From contig CM120645.1 in the NCBI GenBank assembly GCA_051362555.1, forward strand, positions 9,114,001 to 9,178,000: a stretch of 64,000 bases of DNA. The letters are read 5' to 3'. Positions 47,001-59,000 of the stretch are shown piece by piece (positions within the stretch are counted from its first letter, which is position 1; every line of letters starts with the position of its first letter). Source of the DNA: Lingula anatina (lineage: Eukaryota; Animalia; Brachiopoda). The notes under the pieces are model-generated. The model was not told the origin of the DNA. It saw only the letters and a program-made list of their open reading frames with translations, and made no database searches. The position numbers and the translations under genes were made by a program.

Positions 47001-50000
47001 CACATACACAGACATACACACACACCAACTTACTTCAAGTTGGACAGGCTGGACATGAAGGAAGAGTGCACCATCAACTTCCAGGACACCCCCAGCATGG
47101 CCTGCTGCACCAGAACTGTACATAATGCCTCCAAGAGTTCTGGAACCAAAGAGGTTTTGTGCTGAGCATAATGCTGATTTAATAAAGTTGAACTTATTTC
47201 AACATGCTGACTTGTATTACAAATAATCAAATATCAAATGCATGAAATCCAAAGTCAGGTGCATTTTCCAAGATTCACATTAATTAAAAAAATTATAAAC
47301 AGTAATATTTCCACAGTCTCTGCCCCCCCTCCCTATGTGCCTCCTTGAGTCAAGGCCCATATGTCTACCAACCTAGTGCAGTGTTCAGTAAAATTTTACT
47401 GTCTGGGATCAGTATTCCTCCATGCCTGAACACTGGGGCCATACGCTGACCTTCAATGTCTTGGACATCATCAAAGCAGTGAAACTGAACTGTGTGCATA
47501 GACTTGAGTTGTAGTAGGTTTGGAATGGCCTGCACTCTAACAAGGTCAGGCTTGTGAATGAGCACTACAAGGTTGGCTGTCTTGGGCATCAAACTCACAC
47601 TGACTGGGTCGAAGGACTTGAAGTTGTGTTTCACAAGGTAGCGCTTGAAATAAAGAATAGGTAGATGAAATTATGAAGGGAAAAGTTGCAGGCAATTGAC
47701 ACTTTTTCATAAAAGTTGCAGTAGAAGCAGGACAACATTTTTCTCAAAATAAATGACACATTAAAAACCTTTCAGGTAAACAATCTTCTGAGCCATTTCT
47801 ACTGAAAACATTTTCAATATAAAGTTGTTTTACTGTCCTATTTAACATTAAAAAATCAATGAACTGGTTAAGATCACTAATAAAAACTGGGCTTCAGTGT
47901 TGTTGGTAGGGTATAGTACATCTTAATACACAGATGCCCATCTTACCTGGACTTCCTTGCCGACTGTACTGTTAGAGCTGAACACAAAGATACTTGGTTT
48001 GGCCTGTCCAACATGTACCAGTGGTGAGGATGGTTTGACAGTTTCCTCTGGCAGTGAGGCACTAGACAACGACACTGGAACTGTGTGTACTGATGGAGAT
48101 GCTACTGGAACTGCCTGTTCTGATGGAGACAATGACCAATGGCTAGGTAACTGGGTCATCCCTTGTGAGACTTCCATAACTGATGTTTGTGGTGGCTCCA
48201 TTTTGGGCGCACTGTTAGGCAAAGCAGTCTCAGTACCACCCCTAGTCAATCCCCCTGATGCGTCTTCACAGCTTTCTTCAGAAAAATCCACCACTCTTCT
48301 TGCACTGCTCTTTTGTAAGGAATCCACTGCACCTCCTGTAGAGGTTTTCCCTGATGAATGGACCATACCCACTCCACCAGTGCACAGTTTCTTCACTGGG
48401 CTCACTGTATGCTGGTCCAGCAGTGTAAGCCCTGGTATGCTGTTTGCGTCCACTCCTTTGACTGGGCTGGGGGGAAATCTATCCAGGAGCGTCAAGCCAG
48501 GAATTCCCTGGGAGTGCCTCGCAAAGAAGTTCAAGGTATGCTTACTAGGACTGGACTGTGTGACAGGGGCTAGGAATGCAATGTCTTGAGGTTTGGTTAC
48601 ATTCTGTTCTGCTTCACTTTGGGGTGGATTTTCTGCAGCAGACACCAACTTTGCAATATGACTTTGGTACGAAGGAGTGACATACAAGTTTTCAAATTTT
48701 GGATCTGCTGGCTCTACTGGAGTAAGATTAGAAGATCTGGAACCTTCATCTCTCATTTCAACTTTGATTTTTACCATGGAATCCTGCATATTAGTTGAAT
48801 CTAGAGAAACCCTCTGATGAAAATCATATGGGCCACTTTTTTCACAAGATGCATGAAAGAACTTTTCTTGCTTTATCTCACCATCTAAACTTGCTGAACT
48901 TGGTAACCCTGCCATAACAATTTCTTCACTTTGTCCGACTGATCTTCCAAATTGTGACAAATTTTCTGGCAATCTGATATGAGTGAGACTGGGAACTGTT
49001 GCGGTTTGACCTGTATGGTGTTTGGGCACCAAGTTTGGCTCCGATATATTCCTCAACATAGATGCGGTTTCTTGACTTCCCTCAGCCACACTGAATTTCG
49101 TCACAGAGTAATCACTGCAGCTAGATGAATTACCTTCAGTTTTATCAATTTGTGATGGCTCATGCATTGGTTCCTGGGTCCCTTTTCTTACAACCCCATT
49201 GCCAGACTGCCTACATATTGGAGGTAAAGGTATGCTGTGAATGTCTTCAGGCAGATACTGGTTTTTGTTATCACTGTCTCTTCTACCAAAGTCATCACTC
49301 TTGACACTGCACAATTCTTCTCCTACAATATTACCAGTGTGTAAGGGGTAATGCAATGGAATTTCACAGGAAGAGGGGAAGCTGTACTCTTTTTTCAGCT
49401 TCTTTTTGGACACTGTTCTCATTCCTGTGTCCCTCTGAAGGACAATGGTCATTTTAGGCATGGGCACACTTGCTGCGGAGAGATCGGGACCACCAGCCTC
49501 AACTTCTTGGGCAGAATTGCCTACGTCAGTACTGGAACTGCCTGTACTTCCTTTCATTTCAACTGGTCTAATATCAACAAGTTCAGTTTTTATGTTTCTC
49601 TCTACAGTTTCAGGATTTTGCATCATCTTTGGTGCCTTTGCTTTTGGAGAACTATCTGTGAGCAGGTCACTCTCACCTTCACTGCTTTTTCTCAATCTAG
49701 CTCTTTTCTTGGCTTCCTGTTTAAAAGCTTTTGTGAGAAGGCTTGTACGTCTTCCAGAATGCTTCGTATCTGCAGTTGACTCATGTTCCCTCCCAGGCCA
49801 GTAGATATTCTCATCTTGAGTGGGAGTCACATCATCCTCATCATGTGGTTTTTCCGTCACAGACCTACTGACATCTGGAATGGTCACAGAGAGGTGTTTC
49901 ACCTCCCCACCAGGTGTCACTGCAGTTTTCCTATCAAGAGATACATCTTCTTTTTCGTCTGTGCTGAGGGTATCAGATATTAATGCATCTTTTAACAGTA

Positions 50001-53000
50001 CCCTTTCCCTTGTCTTCCTCAATGTCTGTTCTTCATCAGGTTTTAACTCAACCTGTGATTCATCAACTTTGCCAAGCTCATTGAGAGGCGTTCCATATTC
50101 ATTGACAAGAGACACAAAAGATTCAATGGTGCCTGTTGGTTCTGCAGGGTTGTAGAATTCTGGCACCTTACCAAACTCCACAATGCTTTGATCACTCACT
50201 GGCCATGCCGTCTCAAAAGCAGTACTTTTCTCTTTCCTCAACTGCTCCTCTTGTCTAGGGGGATCGCTATTATCGTTTTCATCCCTCACAGGTGTGCTGC
50301 TGCTAGGTTTCTGCTGGTAATAAGGCGTTTCGTCTCTAACAGGTGTTCTACTGCCAGATTTGTCTTTGTAATAAGAAGTTTCATCTCTCACAGGTGTTCT
50401 GTTGAGGATGACTCTGGGTTCATAATCTGACTGTTCATCACACGGTGGCTCATCTTTCACTGGGGTTCTGTTGAGGATTGATCTGTTTTCATGCAATGAT
50501 GTTGTACCAAGAGGTGGACCATCTTCCTCCCTATTATGGAATGGTTCATCTCTGACTGGTGTCGTATTGAGAGATGATGGTTTTCCATGAACTGAAGTTA
50601 TTTGGGTTGTGTTCAAATAACAGGCATTGTCACCCTTACCAGACGGCATACCTTGAACTTGCATTCTTTTGAAAGAAGACTCATCGCCATCTTTGTGTTC
50701 TTGGACTCTGTATGCTGTTGGTTGATACACAATTGAATCACACTCTTTAAAAAGTTGTTCATCTTTAATAGGAGTAATCTGACCAGTGTCACGGCTTACA
50801 GCAGACCTGTCTCTAACAGATCTATCCAATGACCAATCTCCAGCGGTATCTGCTACCGAGTCTTGCTCTTCATCTGTGGTTTTGAATCTTAACACATTCA
50901 ACAACAGTCTGTCCATCTTTATATGCTGCTGTGGATAATTAGTCATGTAACCAATGTCAGATTTCTGCTCACTTCTGGGATCTAAATTTTCCTCATTGGT
51001 TTGGTGAGACGGATAATAAGAGGGATACCATTCATGTTGATATCGACTTCTGGGATGTGATCTAGCAGGAAAACTAGGATAAAACTGCTGTTCATCACAG
51101 GAATAATACTGTTCTTTACCTTGCCATGTGTTCCCAATGCCATCATGGGTCTCATAGTTGACATAGTCATCATGTGGTGCATCTCTGAGGTCACCACTAG
51201 ATAGAACATACTGGAGGTACGGTTGTAAAGGCACTGGAATTGCGGGCAATCCTGTGTCCTGTTGATGCAGATATGGACGCCGGTGCTCATCTCTCTGACG
51301 TCGAGAGTTCATTTCCATGTCTTTACGATGATGATAATAGCCTTTTTCATAGGTTCCTATATTTTGGTGTCCTCTATAAGATGAATGCCTCTTCAGTGGC
51401 ATATCTTTCATCATGCCCTGGATGTTCAGATCAACTGTGGCTCGTTGTGCTGCCACCATGCCTTCCAATTCCAGATATCGTGACGATTCTGACAATTTCT
51501 GAGAAGCTGGAGAGAGATGGTGAAACCTTGATGGAGAAATACGACTAGGCCTTGAATACAAATTTGAAGATGGTGAGGAATGTTCTTCTCTTGTATAGAC
51601 TTCAGGTGGATTTCTATTTTTGCCAATGGAGGACAGCTTATCTAGAAACTCGTTCCAGTTGTCTTGTACAGACTTATCTATGGGTCTCATCAGCAAATGT
51701 TCCCTGGGGTTTTTCCAGTTCGACTTTCTTTCAAGAAGGCCAATGTTACCCTCGCCTGACACATAACGCTCAAGAAGATGATATACTTGTCCACACACCT
51801 CATTCACAGTTCTGTCAGTTCTTTCAATGTCTGACAAATCACTGGACTTCAGGTCTTCAATTTCTCCCAACAAAGAAGTGAGTCTCTCTTTGAATTCCTC
51901 ACAAGAAAGGTTCATAGTCTCATCTGTTCTTTTGGATTTAAGGTGAGGGATTCTATTTGGTGGAGAAAGGGTTCTCTCTGTAGTGAAAATTCCTTGCATG
52001 TTTTCTTTGAAGGCATCTTCATTTTCATTTAGGAATCTCCTTTCTTCTTTGCCTAGTTCAGTTCGTCGAATTTTGAGAGGATTAAGCATGGTTCCCCTGA
52101 AGAAATGTGGCTTGAGGCCCTTGTGGTATTGATCTCCAACTGTAATTCGCTCCAAGGCATCTTGAGTGATGTTTGTAGAATAGTTCAGCTGCTCATCAAC
52201 AGTGTTAAATCTCAACTGGCCACCCCCCGGATCAGAGAGAACAGATAATGGCTTCATTTTCCCCTGCGGTTTATATGGGAGAGCATCTGATGTCATACCC
52301 GCAATAAGTGCCTCTGATGACTGAGAATGATATGAAGTCGACCTATGTTGTGAATGACGCAAATTTGGATACAATTCCTGAAGTCGTTTCTCACTATCAT
52401 GAGCAAAAGCCTCTTCTTGGCTGGCAGTGTAGCTCACTGGAACAGATGACCTGCCATCGTGTCTGACAGGGACTGCTTCCCAGGTGGGAAACAGATGAAT
52501 AGATGGCTCTTCAGGTTTGTCAAGACAAGGCATGGTTCTGTAATCAACATCATTTGGGAACATTTGTTGTAGTTCTTCATCCGAAGGAAAAGCAGTGATC
52601 TGCCCATGTCCTTCATCTGAGAATGCATCTCTAGCTTCCACTTTAACTTTTTCTCCAAGTAATGACTGCTTCTCCTCATTGACTGAGCTCTCTCTTATTC
52701 TTCCCGTTTTCCTTGCCAACATGGGTGCCATTTCTGCAAGTTTTCTCCTCTGAGGAGGGGTAGGTGGCAGGGGAACAAGGCTTGATAAAACTTCAACATC
52801 AGCTGCAGATGAACTTGGTGAATGCCTTAAGTGCTGGTTACCATTTTTGTCCTGTGAAGTATTCTCCATACCAACGGTTGATGCAGTCAAGTTACCACCC
52901 ATGCCAGCCTCAATCATACTCCCAGTCCTGGATGAAACAGCCACAGTGTTCCTACTCAACATGTCATCTAATGCTGCACCTTGGTTCTCATCATCCTCAG

Positions 53001-56000
53001 CAGGTTCTGTTCTGCTGCTGGCATCATCCATTGCACCATCTAGTTCACTATCAGCGTGTTGAGCTATTTCCTCTGCAGAGACATCTGAGCCTCCTTCAAG
53101 CCACCAGCTTACTTTCTCCACAGTGGAAAACCTCTTTGGTAAGTTCCTCTTGATCACTTGCTTAGACAGCTTACCCTCAGGCATGCCTGGTGAGGACGTG
53201 TCAATTTTAAAACTTTCAGGATGGACTGGGGTTTGGTCTTTTTCTAACTTGACTGTTGCTACTTCTGGAGTATGTAACTGGGCAGCTCCTTCCACCTGTA
53301 ATCAAATACCAATCATGTACGATTATCACGGATGTCCATTGAAAATCAACATGCCATTCACTGCTATTTTACAGCCTATAACAACAAAGCAGCCAATTGT
53401 AATAAATATGCACAACACATTTTCAGCAAGCGATTTTTAACTTATTAAAGCAGAAAGATATTAAAGATATAAGATTATGAAGATTAAATGCGCAAATTAA
53501 AAATAATATACTCATAATCATTTGTATCCAGAATACTCATAGCTGCTTTTCATCAATAAGTTAAAAGCAATATTGCAGAATTAAAACTTATGAATGGCTT
53601 AAAATACCACACATACAAATACACACACCTTTTCTGTCTTATTTAATGTTGAAGATTCCATGCCAGAATCCCCATCTCCCTGCTGTGATTTGCTTTGAAA
53701 CTTCAACTTCTTTTTCAGCTCTTCAATTTGCTGGTCTACCAGGTGAAGCTCAGCTTTGGCTGCTGCAAGAAGATCGGCATTGTGTTTTGAGTCACCATGC
53801 TCCTGGAAAGATGCCTCAGTCTTCAGAGGCGATGTTTTCTTTTTCAGCACAGACTGAGAGCTATGGTGTGGTACTCCCACAGAAGAAGATTCAGTGTTTT
53901 TAGATTCAGATTTAGACCTGTACAATGGTGTTCCCAGTAGTGAAGAAGCTTCAGTATTTTTCATATCAGCTCGATTTTGTTCAGCTGATAAAGTTCTGAC
54001 CTGCCGCATACCAGGAGACGACATTTTTTTCTCAGGTGTACTTATTGATCTTATTAATTTCTGTCTCTTGCCATACAACTTGGATGATTGGCACCTAAGT
54101 CTTGGATCCTTTTCGGCATCATAATGGATCTCCAGCACAGCCAAGTGAAGGACCAAAGGATTGGGTGTGTATTCTGAAGAGAAAACAGAATGCAATTTTA
54201 TTCCTTTAAACAACCACATTTTGATATTCATTAATATTTGCTTGTACAATGTCAAGGAACTGGTAAACACAGCAGCCAAAGTGCAAAGAAAAGAAAACCT
54301 GATTTTACAAACTGTATTGTTACAAATATATCATTCTTCACTACAACAGCTAACATAATTTTCCACTCCATGTTTCAGCTTCTTTTTCACTTCCTTTCCA
54401 CCTTAACTTGTGTAATAACTAGAGGATCAGAGAGGCGATACCGCCTCCTGGTATTGTACCACCAGCTGGAGTAAGAGCATTCGTATGGGAAGGAAAAAGA
54501 AGGGGGAGGGGTTGTCTCACTAGTTGACGATCTTTTGCAAACAAAAGCCATTGACCTATCTCTGCCAGTTTTGGAGAAAAAAGGGAAGCAAAATATGCAA
54601 AGTTCAGTTCATGGTGAAAAGTAGGTCAAAGGTCAATTTCAAGGTTACATTAAGATTGCCAGTATATGACCTCCCATTCAAGTTCAATAGTAACTATGGA
54701 CTTATCTCTGCCAGTTTTGGAGATAAAAGGGAAGCAAAATTTGCAAAGTTCAGTTCATGGTGAAAAGTAAGTCAAAGGTCAATTTCAAGGTCACATTTAG
54801 ATTGCCAGTATATGACTTCCTATTCAAGTTCAATAGTAACTATGGACCTATCTCTGCCAGTTTTGGAGATATAAGGGACTAAATGTTATAATTTTGGAGT
54901 TCCCATAATGTGCCATAAATTTCCTACAGAAAAAATTAATTAAAATAAAGAAAAGGTCATTTTGGTCAAAATTCTTGAAATGGGAGGTACTCTGAAGTTC
55001 CAAAAGCTCAAATTTGATGAAATAATGTCAAATATGACCACAAGTTGTCTGCTTTGCCAAGCCTTATGTTTTATTTTTCCAGAGTTCAAAATTTATTATC
55101 CATTACTAGTCAGGCAGTTAAGTCCAAATTATATCCAGAATTGTGCAAAAGATGATAAAAGCATGAAACTTTCCACGATGAATATTTAAGAAAGCCGCTC
55201 ATCCGAGTACTAATGAATTTTGGAGTTGCCCCCCGATCCAAAATATACAAACACCCAATGGTCATTCACTGTGGAAAGTTTCATGCTTTTATCATCTATT
55301 GCACAATTTTTTGGCTTAGCCGCCTCACTATACCGTACTGCACATTTTGCTTTCACCACCAATATGTACTTTTTGATAGCGTAACTCGAAAACCGTTTGG
55401 AATACAAAAAAACGGAGACCACCTCCAGTGTTGGGCTTTACATACTCTACAAAATGCAAAAAAGAATGGGTTTCTAGCATTAACGGTCCCCGAATTAGAG
55501 ACAGTTTTCAGTTTCGGCATCTTATGGCCGCTACTCCTGTGAAAATGCACCGATTGACCCCAAATTCACGGAGATGAAAGATGACCTGAAGGGTTGACTT
55601 TCCAACAATATTATTGGTTAAGTCTGTGTGGTGTCTGAATAACAGGGCAAAAAAAATTTTTTTGTAAAAAATTTTATTTTTTTGAAAATTTTGGCCCATT
55701 TGACCTTGAAGTAAAGGTCAAAGATCAAATCCAAGGGCATATTTGAAATCTAAACATATGACTTTTGGAAAGCCGTCTGTAGAAATTTTTCCCATAACCC
55801 CTTCCGTAGGGTAGATAATTAGCATTTAATTTGGCCATTTTTGGACAAGGGTGCATTGCAATGAGTGCCACACCCAGACCCCAATACCGACAAAGCCCAA
55901 ATTTTACATGGAACGAGTTGAGATTATAGGTGACCTAAATCCAAGAGATGGGTACGGGGGCCCTTACCGTCTAGGAGGAGAAGCGGTAACGGTAGCCGTC

Positions 56001-59000
56001 TAGCGGAGCCGGCAGAACGATCCGGACGGGACCGAAACCATGTGTACCGCCAGCACTAACGCTGGTGGTACAATTATTCCTTTAAAACTGTACCTTAATT
56101 TTCAAATTAATCACAACATGCTCAAGAAAAGTCAATTTAATGCTTAAACTCTACAGCAGGAGACAGATGAATTAGCATTTATTCATCATAACTAGCCAAT
56201 GGAAAGGCAGGGCACTTGCTCAGTTACAACTGTGGTTGTGGTGGTGGTGAGGAGTGCAACAAAGGGATAAGATTTTATGCCTGTGATGAACTAATCATAA
56301 CCAAGCAGTCTGCGAAGATGGGTCATACTAAATTAGGTAACCCAACTTGACTAGAGTTATTTGTTTCAATAAACAGGGGATGAGACTGCCATTTAGCGAT
56401 AAAAGTAAAAAAATATAGCGTGGGGTCCAGGGGGCTGCCTTGCTCAATATTTTTAGTAGGGGTGGGCAAATGACAAATTTTTTTTAAAACAGGTGGATTC
56501 TATGGCCATTTTTGCTGCTGAACACAAATCTGACAATATTTTTTACCAAAGCTAAAGATTTATATTGGTATCTTCTATTTGTTTGTGAAAAAAGGCGGGA
56601 AATGGCTTTTTGGCCATATTTTCACAGTAAAGTACATAAAAATTATGTGTAATATGTCTTTCTATATGTTTTGAGGGTTGCTGAGTTCAAATATGAGCAT
56701 ATTCAAGACATTGGCAATATTGTTAGGGTGACATCTGTAAAAATAAGTTATTTAAAACAAACATATACATAAAATACACACTTCGAGCCTAAGATAAATA
56801 TAAATAATGGCCATTATGTACATACTGAATTCATGGATTACAGTTTGGAATAAAAACAATGCTGAAAATACCTTCATGGATGTGTACCAACAAATTTTAT
56901 GCTGTATAATTTTCCTTTTCTTCAGAACAGGTAAAACTTTGTCAGGTGACATCAACCTCTTACAACCTCTAAGCTCTTGACCTTGGAATAGTACTTAGTT
57001 TCAGTTGTGTAGTTTAAGAGTATCTCACCACAACCATGAAAGCATCAACAAGAAATACACTGAGACCAGAAGGCACTGTAAAGCCCCCTGTCACACTTAT
57101 TTGGAATCTGAAGTAATCAAGCAGAATGAGCAACAATGAAGAATTTTCAAAATTCGCGCCACATTCATTGGGTAATATCAAATTGACCTTAATTCCAGCA
57201 AGAATACCTCAGAATGCGCTTCGAATCCACCTGGAATGATTCGTGCACTTTTCAGTTGTATTGTATTAGCTCTCAAATGCAGCTCGAATGTAGTTGGAAC
57301 ACATTAGGAATATCGTTAATGCTAATGCCGTTCACCCTAAATATAGTGAGAATATTTAGAATGCACTTCAAATGCCATACAAGTGTGGTTTCATTGTTGG
57401 CTGAATCCCAGCCTGCAATCAAGATGCAATCGAGTTGCATTCCTGCTCATTGGAGGCACAATGTGGAACATTCTGACAAGATTTGAAGCGCCTTGCCATT
57501 TCGGTTCTCCCTCGAATGTGATCAAAATGTTTCGAATGCTGTTGGAATTTTGTAAGAATTCTAAGAATGCACTCATAGTGCAGTTAGAATACACTTGAAT
57601 GCCATTCGATATTTTTCCACTTGGAATGCACTTCAAAAGTTTTGAGGATGAGCAAAACATTTTAACAGGACGCAAGAATGGACCCAAACATTTAGAATGT
57701 GCTTAGAATTTTAAGATACTTCAAATATCCAGGAACAAACAAGAAATTTTTATTCCGACTACATTCTAGCTCATTCCGCCTCTAGTGTGACTAGGTTATA
57801 AATGAAGACAATAAGGATATTGTCACCGTTCACCCAAAACTCCTTATTTACTGACTTACATACATTCTTTTCGGTGATAAATAAATTTTCAGTGTTCAGT
57901 GATTACATTAATTAACATTTACACATGTCATCTTACGGGTGACGGTATAATTGCAGTTTGGGGGTAAAAACTGAAAAATCGGGTTTTCAAATGTCTGTTT
58001 TACCTGAACACCCGTGATCACTATTTCAAAGCCAATTTAATGACACCATTTAGTACCCCAAAACCCTGCCAGCGATTTTTAAAGCCTTAGTTCAGATTTG
58101 ATCGTTGATAAAGCAAAATAATACCTATTGTTTTTAGAAGATCGGTCATTACGGACTCATGACTCCATAACAAAAGCATTTAAACCATAACGTTGGCATG
58201 GGATTGTAGCTCATGCCCTTGTGGTCCATTGGCCGTTCCTTGTTATAAAATCTTGTTCAGGGGATGAAGTTAAGCCCCATATGCATTGCTAACTAATCTC
58301 AAAAAAGAAAGCTGTTAAATAGATGATTAAAGCTTTGAGTTGCTTATGCTTATACATTGCAACGAAAAAATATAAACGCCGTTATTTCATATTTTCAAGA
58401 GTTTTTTCATTGTTTCAAAGCAGCACAAAGACAGATACATTATTGAATAATTAGATGCAGGAAAAAACTCATTTTCGGTATCTGGATGGTAATAAAGAGT
58501 AACAATATCCTTAATGCTCTGCTACTGAGTGTTCTACTGTAAATATTCCCATATGTAACTAACATTATGCTATTCTATATGTCAAAACTTTTCAGTTTCA
58601 TGTGATCCTTGAACAATACTGACCATATTTGTTGTATTATTGTTTTTCCTAATTTAAAAGCCACAGTTGCATATAAACATTTGTATTTATGTACACAGAA
58701 ATGGTAATTTTGGGGTGATTTTTACCTCAAAATGACCAAAAAATCCTCTTTTTAACCCAAAATGAAGTGACCAAACCAAAATGATGTATCTATTTATGCT
58801 CATTGATCATGAAATCATATGGTAGGACATATAAAAAGCCATGTTTGAACTGATATTTAAAGATTTACATGAGAAATATGTGATTTGAGGGAGCGTTTGG
58901 TGGCCATTTTGAAAAATCACCTGATACCAATATCAGATGTAATTTAAAATGAAAATACTTATTAGATTTGTATTCAGCAGCCAAAATGGCCATAGAATCC

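Noticed and set aside
47957-53440. Many + strand ORFs opposite the large exon, and antisense ORFs over gag-pol and rhmD
   Set aside because: Shadow ORFs of real coding sequence on the other strand.
54553-54870. CRISPR-like regularly spaced repeats
   Set aside because: Whole 146-bp units repeat with no unique spacers; eukaryotic context and no cas genes.
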